A stretch of DNA of 64,000 nucleotides, from NCBI GenBank assembly GCA_003599025.1, contig QZIL01000084.1, positions 4,285 through 68,284 on the forward strand. Reading direction: 5' to 3'. This DNA is from Nitrospiraceae bacterium. GTDB taxonomy: Bacteria > Nitrospirota > Thermodesulfovibrionia > UBA6902. The notes below the pieces were generated by a model that saw only the letters and a list, made by a program, of their open reading frames with translations, was not told the DNA's origin and did not search any database. Both the position numbers and the translations under genes were made by a program. Shown here one piece after another: positions 55,568 to 64,000 of the stretch. Numbering within the stretch: position 1 is the first letter of the stretch; every line of letters begins with the position of its first letter.

Positions 55568-55671
55568 GTCATTCCCGCAGTCTTTAAGCGGGAATCCTGA
55601 ACGCGCACCCGTGAAAATGGGGACCTGGAATTTAAAAAAACTGGATTCCCGATAAAAACCTCGGGAATGAC
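55568..55671. repeat. Hairpin-module repeat copy
   Basis: gtcattcccgcagtctttaagcgggaatcc ... cacccgtgaaaatgggga ... ctggattcccgataaaaacctcgggaatgac. Confidence 0.7.
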
Positions 55672-55835
55672 GAGCTGACACCTTTGCAAGTTTATTGACG
55701 ACGTCATACTATCTATACAAAAGATATCCTGGAAGAACCTAGAATATTGAATCGCTTTCATTGACAAATAAGCATGCTCTGATATGATAGACATCATAAT
55801 AGCGTAAAAATTAATCTGATAACATTCTTTAAAGC

Positions 55836-56564
55836 ATGGGCAATAACAGCAGGGGCTATGTCAATAAAATTGCGATAGTTGCGGTCATCGCCGCTCTTAT
55901 TATCGGCTTTAAGTTGATCAATGCCGGTGATTATCTGACACTCTCCTATATTAAAGAATCACAGCAGCGTTTTCAGGAGCTTTACCGGGAGCACAGCATT
56001 TCGGTGATAGCGGCTTACTCGGGGATTTACATACTCGTTACATCGCTGTCATTGCCCGGAGCCGCGGTAATGACCCTTGCAGGAGGGGCGCTTTTCGGTC
56101 TACTTACAGGCACTGTAGTTGTATCGTTTGCAAGTACGATAGGTGCTACACTCGCATGTTTTGTTTCGAGGTTCATTCTGAGAGACTGGGTCCAGGGGAA
56201 GTTCGGGGACAGGCTGAAGACGGTAAATGAAGGGATGGAAAGGGAAGGGGCCTTCTATCTATTTACTCTGCGTCTGATCCCTGTATTCCCTTTCTGGCTT
56301 ATCAATCTGCTGATGGGCCTTACAAATATGCCTCTCAGGACGTTCTACTGGGTGTCACAGGCAGGAATGCTCGCTGCCACGATAGTGTTTGTCAATGCCG
56401 GGAGGGAACTCGGCAAAATAGAGTCCCTGTCAGGGATACTTTCACCCACTTTGATCTTCTCGTTTGTGCTGCTGGGACTGTTCCCTCTGATTACAAAGAA
56501 ATCAATAGCATTTTATAAATCGAAAAAAGGGAAATCTGCAGGACTGAACGCTGACAGCCGATAG
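55836..56564 (+). CDS. TVP38/TMEM64 (DedA-related) family membrane protein
   Basis: SLSLPGAAVMTLAGGALFG...G......F..RF..R.W......F...LRLIP.FPF...N...G.T. Confidence 0.85.
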   Translation: MGNNSRGYVNKIAIVAVIAALIIGFKLINAGDYLTLSYIKESQQRFQELYREHSISVIAAYSGIYILVTSLSLPGAAVMTLAGGALFGLLTGTVVVSFASTIGATLACFVSRFILRDWVQGKFGDRLKTVNEGMEREGAFYLFTLRLIPVFPFWLINLLMGLTNMPLRTFYWVSQAGMLAATIVFVNAGRELGKIESLSGILSPTLIFSFVLLGLFPLITKKSIAFYKSKKGKSAGLNADSR

Positions 56565-56610
56565 ATGACTGTTAATATACTAAGACATAAGCTGATAAAG
56601 TCTCATAGTC

Positions 56611-56718
56611 GTCATTCCGGGCTTGACCCGGAATCTGGAGATAAAAGACTGGATTCCTCCCGATGTATCGGGACGGGCATGACAATCAACGGCATTTCAA
56701 TTTTGAGATAGGTTCTAA
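56611..56718. repeat. Truncated family-A element (right end only) with hairpin module
   Basis: gtcattccgggcttgacccggaatctgg ... cgggacgggcatgacaatcaacggcatttcaattttgagataggttctaa. The last ~37 nt are identical to the right end of the 47805..47963 copy. I found no matching left inverted repeat. Confidence 0.6.
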
Positions 56719-56762
56719 CAATGTGGCATTCAATATGTAATTCTCAGTAACAGGAGGTCATC

Positions 56763-58214
56763 ATGCCGAAATACGATTTTGATATAGGAATTATCGGGGG
56801 CGGTGCCGGCGGTCTCACTGTCGCTTCAGGCGCCAGCCAGTTCGGCGCCAAAACACTGCTCATAGAAAAAGAAAAGGCACTTGGCGGTGATTGTCTTCAT
56901 TACGGCTGCGTTCCGAGCAAGACACTGATCAGGACGGCGCATGTATACCACATGATGAAGAACGCTTGCAGATACGGACTTCCAGCTGCAGACATCAGGC
57001 CCGTTGATTTCAGGGATGTCGCAAGACGCATTAAGTATGTGATCGGGACAATACAGCAACACGATTCAGAAGAGAGGTTCTGCAGTCTCGGAGTTAAGGT
57101 CGAATTCGGGGCCCCGGAGTTTATCGATGAACACTCTGTGAGGGTAAACGGCAATAAACTGTCTGCTAAAAAATGGGTCATAGCTACAGGGTCTTCACCG
57201 TCCATACCTCCTTTGGAAGGAATTGACCAGACTGCATGTCTTACCAATAAGGAAATATTTTCTCTGGACAGCCTGCCTAAATCCATAGTCATAATCGGGG
57301 CAGGGCCGATTGCGATTGAGATGGCCCAGGCATTCTGCAGGTTGGGGAGCGCTGTCTCTGTGGTGCAGCGGAGCGGTCAGATATTAAGCAGGGAAGACAG
57401 GGACATGGCAGATGCTGTTATGAATGTTTTGAGCGCAGAGGGTGTTACATTTTATCTGAATACAGAAATAGTAAGCGTGAAAGACCTGGGGACTGAAAAA
57501 GAAGTTGTGATAAAAAATAAAGATGGGAGCAGCGAAAACCTCATGGCTGAGCACGTCCTTGTTGCACTCGGCAGGGACGTAAATGTGAGCGGCATGGGGC
57601 TGGAAAATATTTCCATGGATTTTGGCAGGAAGGGGATAAAAGTGGACAGCAGGATGCGTACAAACCACCCGCATATTTATGCTGTCGGGGATGTAACAGG
57701 AGCATATCAGTTTACGCATGCCGCCGGATATGAAGGAGGGATCGCCCTTAGCAATGCCATTCTGCACCTGCCCAGAAAAGCTGATTATACATATCTGCCG
57801 TGGTGTACGTTTACAGACCCTGAGCTGGCAAGCATCGGCATGAACGAGAAACGCGCCATGGATGCGGGTATTGAATATACAGTCTGGACTGAGGATTTCA
57901 GGGCCAATGACAGGGGCCTTGCCGAAGGTGAAGAGGTGGGCAGGGTCAAGCTTATTATTGACAACAACGGTGACCCGGTAGGTGCACAGATACTCGGGCC
58001 GCAGGCCGGCGAGCTTCTTGGTGAATGGATTGCCATAATGAACGGGAGGGTCAAACTCTCAACTATGGCCTCGGCTGTGCACGCCTATCCGACCCTGGCG
58101 GAGATTAATAAGCGGGTGGTGGGGAATTATTTTTCAGGTAAGATATTCTCAGGGAAGGTAAAGAAGACGCTGAAGTTCCTGTTCCAGTTCAAGGGGAGGG
58201 CCTGCGGACTGTAG
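56763..58214 (+). CDS. Class I pyridine nucleotide-disulfide oxidoreductase (dihydrolipoamide dehydrogenase / mercuric reductase-like flavoprotein)
   Basis: DIGIIGGGAGG (FAD). Redox-active GGDCLHYGCVPSK. Second Rossmann IIGAGPIAIEMAQ. C-terminal dimerisation domain with H.YPT..E. Confidence 0.85.
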   Translation: MPKYDFDIGIIGGGAGGLTVASGASQFGAKTLLIEKEKALGGDCLHYGCVPSKTLIRTAHVYHMMKNACRYGLPAADIRPVDFRDVARRIKYVIGTIQQHDSEERFCSLGVKVEFGAPEFIDEHSVRVNGNKLSAKKWVIATGSSPSIPPLEGIDQTACLTNKEIFSLDSLPKSIVIIGAGPIAIEMAQAFCRLGSAVSVVQRSGQILSREDRDMADAVMNVLSAEGVTFYLNTEIVSVKDLGTEKEVVIKNKDGSSENLMAEHVLVALGRDVNVSGMGLENISMDFGRKGIKVDSRMRTNHPHIYAVGDVTGAYQFTHAAGYEGGIALSNAILHLPRKADYTYLPWCTFTDPELASIGMNEKRAMDAGIEYTVWTEDFRANDRGLAEGEEVGRVKLIIDNNGDPVGAQILGPQAGELLGEWIAIMNGRVKLSTMASAVHAYPTLAEINKRVVGNYFSGKIFSGKVKKTLKFLFQFKGRACGL

Positions 58215-58333
58215 ATTGCAGGGATATAAGCCTTATGATCAGAAAAATCAGGCATGAATATATTGGAATGATTCCAGCTGTGTTATAATCCAGTATTAAT
58301 TACTAAGAACTAACATAACAAAGCCTCACTGTC

Positions 58334-58404
58334 GTCATTCCGGGCTTGACCCGGAATCCAGTATTTTACCGATGTTTCTGGATTCCCGCTTTCGCGGGAA
58401 TGAC
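58334..58404. repeat. Hairpin-module repeat copy
   Basis: gtcattccgggcttgacccggaatccag-tattttaccgatgtttc-tggattcccgctttcgcgggaatgac. Confidence 0.7.
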
Positions 58405-58599
58405 AAACAGGGTGGCTTTCAACATGAATGTATTAGTAAGTTATCGTCTCTGAGCTGACAGCCTTTGATGTGCCTGTTTCTGAAAAGGCCAGAATGTGTG
58501 AACATTCTAATCGATATAGTGACTAATCAACAGAAACGTAATTCATTGATCCGCTGTATAGACAATTTAGCCTTCACCATAAGCTTGTGTCGCAGGCTG

Positions 58600-61500
58600 A
58601 TGCGGCATTGTTCTCTGCTGCTCATATCAGGCGTCGTTCTCTTATCAGGAGCTGTAAGTGATAATTGCAGAGCGGAAACCGCCTCACCCGAGATTCTCGT
58701 TGGCAGCGAGCTGGAATTCCCGCCTTATGCCTTTGTTGACGAAAACGGTAAGGCAGCAGGATTTTCCATTGACCTTATCAGGGCTGTTACAGAGGCAATG
58801 GGCATCTCCACAAGGATTTCAACCGGGACATGGGATACAGTATGGACTGACCTTGTAGATGGACGGATTGATGTGCTGCCGATAGTCGCGAAGTTACCTG
58901 AACGTACCAGCCTGGTAGACTTCAGTCTGCCCCACACAGAGACATTTGATGCCTTCTTTGTACGTGATAGGAGGGAGGTAATCAGAAACATAGAAGGAGC
59001 AAGGGGGAAGGAAATTGCAGTCATGCGGTCTGATGCTGCCCATCATGCACTTCTGGAACGGGATTTCCAGGGACGGCTGGTCCTGGTCGACACTATACCG
59101 GAAGGCCTGTCACTCGTTGCATCAGGAAGACATGATGCGTTTCTCTGTTCCAAGCTTATCGGCACCCTGGCCATTAACATGCATGGGATTAAAGGACTGA
59201 CAGCAGGACCTCCGGTTCCGGATTATAAACGTGTCTTTTCATTCGCTGTTAAAAAGGGTGATACTGAACTTCTTGAAAAACTGAACCAGGGACTGTTGAT
59301 TGTCAAGGCAAGCGGGGAGTACCAGGAGATTTATGACAGGTGGCTCTCTGCTGAGGACCCCTTGCAGAAGTACAGGAAGTATCTTGTTCCCTTTATTCTG
59401 GCTGTTGCAGCTTTAATACTTGCCGGTGGTTTCTGGCTGTTCATGCTACGGCGGCAGGTCAGTAAACGCACGCGGGAACTGACTGAAAAAAATGAAATGC
59501 TCACTCAGCTCCGTGACGGGCTTGATATGACTGTTGCCAGGCGGACTGCAGAATTATCTTCGTTAAATGATGCACTTCTGTCCGAGATTGCAGAGCGCAA
59601 GCGCACTGAAGAAGCCTTGCGCGTAAGCGAAGAACGTCTGAGGCTGGCTGTTTCAGGCGGCAGTATTGGAATATGGGAATGGGACATTGCAACGAATCAG
59701 CTCGACTGGAACGAACAGATAAAGGCCATATTCGGCCTGCCTTCAGATACGACCGGCTTGACGCTGGAGAAGTTTATGTCAGCAATTTACCCTGATGATC
59801 TGGCCGTAACCGAGCGATCTTTCAGATCTGCTCTTGAGCAGAGGACTGAGTTTAAACACGAATATCGTATCATCTGGCCGGATGGCAGCGTGCACTGGAT
59901 CGTGGCGATAGGTCGGGGGATATATGGTCCGGAGGGGCTTCCAATACGTATGCTGGGTTGTGTGCTGGACATTACCGGGCGCAAGCGCACTGAAGAGGAA
60001 CACATTTCTCATCTCCGCTTTCTGGAAAGCCTGGAGCGCGTTGACCGGGCCATGCACCAGGCAGACAGCCTGGAACGCATGCTGGCTGATGTCCTGGATA
60101 CGGTCCTTTCGATTTTCGAAAGCGACCGGGCCTGGCTGCTCTTTCCATGTGACCCGGATGCTGCATCATGGAGTGTTCCGATGGAAAAGACCCGTAAAGA
60201 GTATCCGGGCGCCATGCTTAGCGGTGTTAATATTCCGACAAACCCTGAGGCCAGTCAGCTGTTTCTGGATGCAATTAATTCCAGTCGTCCGATTGTTTAC
60301 GACCCTAATTCAGGGCGGCCACTACCGAAGGAATCGATTCAGTTTGCTGTTCAGTCCCAGGTCCATATGGCACTTTATCCGAAAATGGGGAAGCCATGGC
60401 TGTTCGGTATGCACCAGTGCTCGTACGCCCGTATCTGGAGCGAAAATGATCTGCTGCTTTTTACAGAGATCGGAAGGAGGATTGCTGATGGACTGAGCAG
60501 TCTTCTGTTCCTGAAAGACCTGAGTGACAGTGAGGAGCGTTTCCGTACATTAACGACTTTGGCACCAATAGGTATCTATCTCACCGACAGCAAAGGCAGT
60601 TGCATCTATGTGAACTCTCGCTGGTGTGAAATAGCCGGTATGGACCTGAGTGAGGCTGCCGGCGAAGGGTGGATCAGGGGTATCCATCCAGAGGACCGGG
60701 AGACTGTAATATCAAAATGGAAGGAGACAGTGGAATCGGCAGGCAGATGGGAACTGGAATACAGATTTCAGACCCCGGACAATCAGATTTCCTGGGTTTA
60801 TGGACTTGCCACCCCTCTGTTAGATGAAGCGGGGAGGGTCGTCAGGTATGTCGGCATCAATATGGACATCACCGAGCGCAAACAGTCGGAGGAGGAGAAG
60901 GAGAAGCTGCAGGCACAGCTGCTGCAGGCGCAGAAGATGGAGGCCATAGGTCACCTTGCCGGAGGTGTTGCGCATGATTTCAATAATATACTCTCTGCAA
61001 TAGTGGGATATGCCCATGTGACTCTGATGAAGATGAAAAAAGACGACCCTCTGCGAAATAATATCGATCAGATCCTTGCTTCCTCAGAAAGGGCGGGAAA
61101 TCTGACCAAAAGCCTGCTCGCCTTCAGCAGGAAACAGGTAATGCAGATGACCAGGATCAACATCAGCGATGTTGTACTCGGCATGACAAGGATATTAGAC
61201 AGGATAATTGGTGAGGACATTTATTTAAAGGTCAATACCGCTGATCATGGTTTAATGGTAAGTGCAGATGTACACCAGATAGAGCAGGTGCTGATGAACC
61301 TTGCGACAAATGCCAGGGACGCGATGCCGGAAGGGGGGACCCTGACTGTGACCACAGATGAATTTGAAATCGACGATGAGTATGTCCGGATGCATCATGA
61401 AGGTCAGGCAGGTAAATATGCTGTACTCACTGTTTCGGACACGGGCACCGGCATGGACGAGAAGACAAAAGAATATATCTTTGATCCGTTCTTTACAACA

Positions 61501-62052
61501 AAGGAAGTCGGCAAGGGCACAGGCCTTGGCCTCGCAATGATCTATGGTACGATCAAACAGCATAACGGCTTTATAAATTTCTATAGTGAGCCTGGCAAGG
61601 GAACTACATTCCGGATATATCTGCCTTTGTCCGTATCAGAAGGGATAGTGACAGAGAACAGTACGGCTGATAGCATTCCTTCGGGCACCGAAACGGTGCT
61701 CCTCGTTGAGGATGATGAAGCGGTCAGAAGCGCGACAAAGGGACTGCTGAAGGCATTCGGATATACGGTCCTGGAAGCCGGGGATGCAACACAGGCTGTA
61801 GATATATACATGACCAATAAAGAGATCATACAGCTTGTTATTACCGATATGATCATGCCGGGCCGGAGCGGAAAAGAGCTGCATAATGAGCTGGTGAAGA
61901 TAACAGGTGATATTAAAATGCTTTTTGTGAGCGGCTATCCTGCTGACATGCTTGCCAAAAAGGAAATTGCAGACAATGAGATTAATTTCATATCAAAGCC
62001 TTTTAAACCTGACATGCTTTTAAGAAAGGTGCGTGAAGTCCTGGACAAATAA
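58600..62052 (+). CDS. Hybrid sensor histidine kinase: periplasmic solute-binding (SBP_bac_3-like) domain, TM, PAS, GAF-like, PAS, HisKA, HATPase_c, receiver
   Basis: The track ORF starts at 58465. I prefer Met46 (58600) because [19 protein letters not shown] looks like a signal/anchor. [13 protein letters not shown]...GF.IDL is the SBP domain. H-box is [15 protein letters not shown]-boxes are DTGTGM and GKGTGLGL. Receiver is VLLVEDDE...[11 protein letters not shown]. Confidence 0.85.
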   Translation: MRHCSLLLISGVVLLSGAVSDNCRAETASPEILVGSELEFPPYAFVDENGKAAGFSIDLIRAVTEAMGISTRISTGTWDTVWTDLVDGRIDVLPIVAKLPERTSLVDFSLPHTETFDAFFVRDRREVIRNIEGARGKEIAVMRSDAAHHALLERDFQGRLVLVDTIPEGLSLVASGRHDAFLCSKLIGTLAINMHGIKGLTAGPPVPDYKRVFSFAVKKGDTELLEKLNQGLLIVKASGEYQEIYDRWLSAEDPLQKYRKYLVPFILAVAALILAGGFWLFMLRRQVSKRTRELTEKNEMLTQLRDGLDMTVARRTAELSSLNDALLSEIAERKRTEEALRVSEERLRLAVSGGSIGIWEWDIATNQLDWNEQIKAIFGLPSDTTGLTLEKFMSAIYPDDLAVTERSFRSALEQRTEFKHEYRIIWPDGSVHWIVAIGRGIYGPEGLPIRMLGCVLDITGRKRTEEEHISHLRFLESLERVDRAMHQADSLERMLADVLDTVLSIFESDRAWLLFPCDPDAASWSVPMEKTRKEYPGAMLSGVNIPTNPEASQLFLDAINSSRPIVYDPNSGRPLPKESIQFAVQSQVHMALYPKMGKPWLFGMHQCSYARIWSENDLLLFTEIGRRIADGLSSLLFLKDLSDSEERFRTLTTLAPIGIYLTDSKGSCIYVNSRWCEIAGMDLSEAAGEGWIRGIHPEDRETVISKWKETVESAGRWELEYRFQTPDNQISWVYGLATPLLDEAGRVVRYVGINMDITERKQSEEEKEKLQAQLLQAQKMEAIGHLAGGVAHDFNNILSAIVGYAHVTLMKMKKDDPLRNNIDQILASSERAGNLTKSLLAFSRKQVMQMTRINISDVVLGMTRILDRIIGEDIYLKVNTADHGLMVSADVHQIEQVLMNLATNARDAMPEGGTLTVTTDEFEIDDEYVRMHHEGQAGKYAVLTVSDTGTGMDEKTKEYIFDPFFTTKEVGKGTGLGLAMIYGTIKQHNGFINFYSEPGKGTTFRIYLPLSVSEGIVTENSTADSIPSGTETVLLVEDDEAVRSATKGLLKAFGYTVLEAGDATQAVDIYMTNKEIIQLVITDMIMPGRSGKELHNELVKITGDIKMLFVSGYPADMLAKKEIADNEINFISKPFKPDMLLRKVREVLDK

Positions 62053-62106
62053 ATATTACCTGTTTCATGCAGTTCGGGACTGCGATACTGAAAAGAGGAA
62101 AATATA

Positions 62107-63168
62107 ATGAGCAGAGAATCAGAAATGACCGGGTCGTTGAAATCATATTACGGTAAGGTGATCCAGAGTGCGCTGGACCTTAAGACCAGCACATGCAAAT
62201 GCGACGACAGCACGTTGTCTCCATATATACGTGCAATAGAAAACAAGATCGATGATGAAATCCTTACAAAGGTCTATGGATGCGGTTCTCCCATACCTCC
62301 TGCAATTGAAGGGTGTGTGGTGCTGGACCTCGGATGCGGGGCCGGGAGGGATGTGTACATTGCTTCTCACCTTGCAGGCCCGGACGGGTTTGTGATCGGG
62401 ATCGATATGACACGTGAACAGATTGATGTGGCCCAAAGGCATCTTGATAAACAGATGGAGAGGTTCGGTTACAGGAAACCGAATGTTGAATTCAGGCATG
62501 CGACCATTGAGGACCTGAAAGAGGCAGGGATAGCCGACAAATCTGTTGATGTTGTTATTTCCAATTGCGTCATTAATCTATCTCTCTCCAAAGAAAAGGT
62601 GTTTTCCGAGATCTTCCGTATTCTCAAGACCGGGGGTGAACTTTTTTTCTCGGATGTATTTGCCGGAAGGAGGGTCCCTGATTATTTGAAGGACGATCCT
62701 GTCCTGCACGGGGAATGTCTGTCTGGGGCCATGTATACAGGGGATTTTGGAAGGATGTTAAGAGAGCTGGGATGTCCTGATTACCGCATTGTTTCAAATC
62801 GACGTATAACTATCGATAATCCGGAAATTGAGGCCAGAACAGGCAGGATTGATTTTTATTCCATGACTGTCAGGGCATTTAAACTTGGCTCCCTTGAGGA
62901 CAACCATGAGAATTACGGTCAGACGGCTGTCTATATGGGTACTATTCCTGAATGCCCTCATGCTTTTGAGCTTGACGAATATTACACCTTTAAAACAGGC
63001 AAACCTGTACCGGTCTGTGGCAATACAGCATCGATGCTTCGGGAAACACGTTTGTCAAGACATTTCAAGATAACAGGCGACAGGTCTGTTCACTACGGGC
63101 CGTTTGACTCTGTGCCCGCCTCTCCAGTGCTCGAAAGGCAGGGCAGGGACGGCGGCACTTGCTGTTGA
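62107..63168 (+). CDS. arsM: Arsenite S-adenosylmethionine methyltransferase
   Basis: LKTSTCKC, YGCGSPIP, VLDLGCGAGRD, VISNCVINLS, LKTGGELFFSDV and HGECLSGA match the four conserved ArsM Cys positions plus the SAM fold. Confidence 0.85.
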   Translation: MSRESEMTGSLKSYYGKVIQSALDLKTSTCKCDDSTLSPYIRAIENKIDDEILTKVYGCGSPIPPAIEGCVVLDLGCGAGRDVYIASHLAGPDGFVIGIDMTREQIDVAQRHLDKQMERFGYRKPNVEFRHATIEDLKEAGIADKSVDVVISNCVINLSLSKEKVFSEIFRILKTGGELFFSDVFAGRRVPDYLKDDPVLHGECLSGAMYTGDFGRMLRELGCPDYRIVSNRRITIDNPEIEARTGRIDFYSMTVRAFKLGSLEDNHENYGQTAVYMGTIPECPHAFELDEYYTFKTGKPVPVCGNTASMLRETRLSRHFKITGDRSVHYGPFDSVPASPVLERQGRDGGTCC

Positions 63169-63203
63169 ACCGGCGTTATCCGCAGATTCGTGGCATTCCC
63201 TGC

Positions 63204-63611
63204 TCAGAATATCAGATTAAGCTCTTTTTCAAGCCATTCCCTGTTTTCATCCAGTGATCGTGAAAGTCTGATTTTCCAGTTGGTATGCCTTGCAAAAATC
63301 TGCCAGATCGAGACAAGCCCGTATATAAAGGTATTCCTGATTGCGAAGCCTACAACAATATTTGAATTCCATTTTGAAGCCTGGACATGAATTTTTGAAA
63401 GCTCAACGATTTGTGCAACTGAAATGTCCATTTGTTCATTCTTTGAAAAATCAACCAATCCGTATCGGTAGGCCATTGTTTTTTCTCTATCAGAAAATAT
63501 ATCTTTCATGGCGGAGATCAGATCATTGCCTGTCACAGTATCCAGTCCAGTGATGACAACTCCACTATTGTTATGTAAGTAATTAATTTCTAAAGGCATG
63601 CTCACAACCAA
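63204..63611 (-). CDS. Hypothetical protein (about 131-135 aa)
   Basis: ORF only. The likely start is Met5 (MPLEINYLH...). I recognise no family. Convergent with arsM. Confidence 0.4.
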   Translation of the reverse strand: MVVSMPLEINYLHNNSGVVITGLDTVTGNDLISAMKDIFSDREKTMAYRYGLVDFSKNEQMDISVAQIVELSKIHVQASKWNSNIVVGFAIRNTFIYGLVSIWQIFARHTNWKIRLSRSLDENREWLEKELNLIF

Positions 63612-63777
63612 TTGAAAATTATAATTATGCTCTCCAGTGTCACATAAATCCTTCTAAGAAAATTATATCCTTCCCCGGGAAAAGAGTAAAGGCAGATGAC
63701 TGTTCATGATTCATTTCCCTCTGCCATATCCAGAAAACCAGGGTTCACAATAAGAAAGCGGAGCACCCTGTCAGGTA

Positions 63778-63786
63778 TGGTATAAT
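63778..63786 (+). promoter_or_regulatory. Extended -10 promoter element (TGgTATAAT)
   Basis: TG at 63778-63779 and TATAAT at 63781-63786, 24 nt upstream of the ATG at 63810. Confidence 0.3.
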
Positions 63787-63809
63787 CTGCGTAAGAAAGG
63801 AGGTGATTA

Positions 63810-64000
63810 TATGAAGGAGAAAATCTGTCAAGTAAGTATTTTATTGTACGCAATGGTCATAACCGGAATATTTGTGGGCTCAGCTGTTCCAGCATCAGCG
63901 GCTGACCAGGAGAGCATGCAGCAGCAGATGCAGACCCAGGAACAGGAACAGATATACGGCAGTCAACTGATGGCCCCTCACGAGCGTAACGAATACAGGG
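63810..64000 (+). CDS. Secreted protein, 3'-truncated by the window edge
   Basis: aaaggaggtg RBS 5 nt before the ATG. MKEKICQVSILLYAMVITGIFVGSAVPASA is a signal peptide, followed by a Q/E-rich region and IYGSQLMAPHERNEYR. The frame is open to the end of the window. Confidence 0.5.

Noticed and set aside
47805-58404. Whether the recurring hairpin repeats form a CRISPR array
   Set aside because: The units are palindromic and variable in sequence. They are irregularly spaced by whole housekeeping genes (0.1 to 3.5 kb). They are not separated by uniform short spacers, and no cas genes are present.
58465-58599. 45-codon N-terminal extension of the hybrid histidine kinase
   Set aside because: It begins at a TTG with no RBS, just after a repeat copy. 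The segment is not signal-like, whereas Met46 starts a plausible signal/anchor. The choice is left open in the feature evidence because neither start has a strong RBS.
1-64000. tRNA, rRNA, tmRNA, RNase P, known riboswitches, integrases, transposases and toxin-antitoxin or defence-system genes
   Set aside because: I scanned intergenic regions and ORF translations by eye and found no T-arm/anticodon-arm architecture, no rRNA-like conserved blocks and no recognisable defence or mobility enzymes. A covariance-model scan would be needed to exclude small RNAs.

Overview
Bacterial chromosomal window, gene-dense on both strands. I recognised no rRNA, tRNA, CRISPR array, transposase, integrase or phage gene. 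Taxonomy is a guess only: an anaerobic, sigma54-rich, cytochrome-rich bacterium of Nitrospirota/Desulfobacterota type.

(1) 1-10 kb: two very large secreted proteins. One is a 5'-truncated Calx-beta / parallel beta-helix protein. The other is a 2130-aa multihaem c-type cytochrome (23 CxxCH plus 5 Cx4CH, counted by eye) fused to LamG-like, FN3-like and DNRLRE-like domains.

(2) 10-23 kb: two aldolases, a TetR-linked RND efflux pair, small redox enzymes (OYE, cupin, PNPOx-like, pirin) and a visibly AT-rich beta-helix gene.

(3) 23-36 kb: a PEP-CTERM protein, YwbE, a TPR protein, ppdK, a PhnD-like binding protein plus a HAMP-PAS-GGDEF-EAL sensor with a periplasmic CxxCH motif, and glyQS.

(4) 36-47 kb: NifU-like, oxidase-subunit-I-like, DUF1858 and an untracked 42-aa zinc-ribbon gene, behind two copies of the same palindromic operator. 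A PilZ-sigma54 activator is followed by a near-consensus sigma54 promoter and a 63-aa ORF. Then come an amidase, an EcfT-like protein, a D-aminoacylase, an AI-2E transporter and an NtrC-type regulator.

(5) 47-64 kb: an ArsM-like methyltransferase whose ORF is interrupted by an in-frame TGA. This TGA looks like selenocysteine: it aligns to a conserved Cys, protein-like sequence continues after it, and a SECIS-like hairpin follows. Then come a tetrahaem cytochrome, a DUF2064 + GT2 transferase pair, tkt-zwf-gnd, a TVP38 protein plus a flavoprotein disulfide reductase, a hybrid histidine kinase and a canonical arsM.

Almost every intergenic gap between 47.8 and 58.4 kb carries a modular hairpin repeat (GTCATTCC...GGAATGAC). 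Three copies are packaged in inverted-repeat-bounded MITE-like elements.
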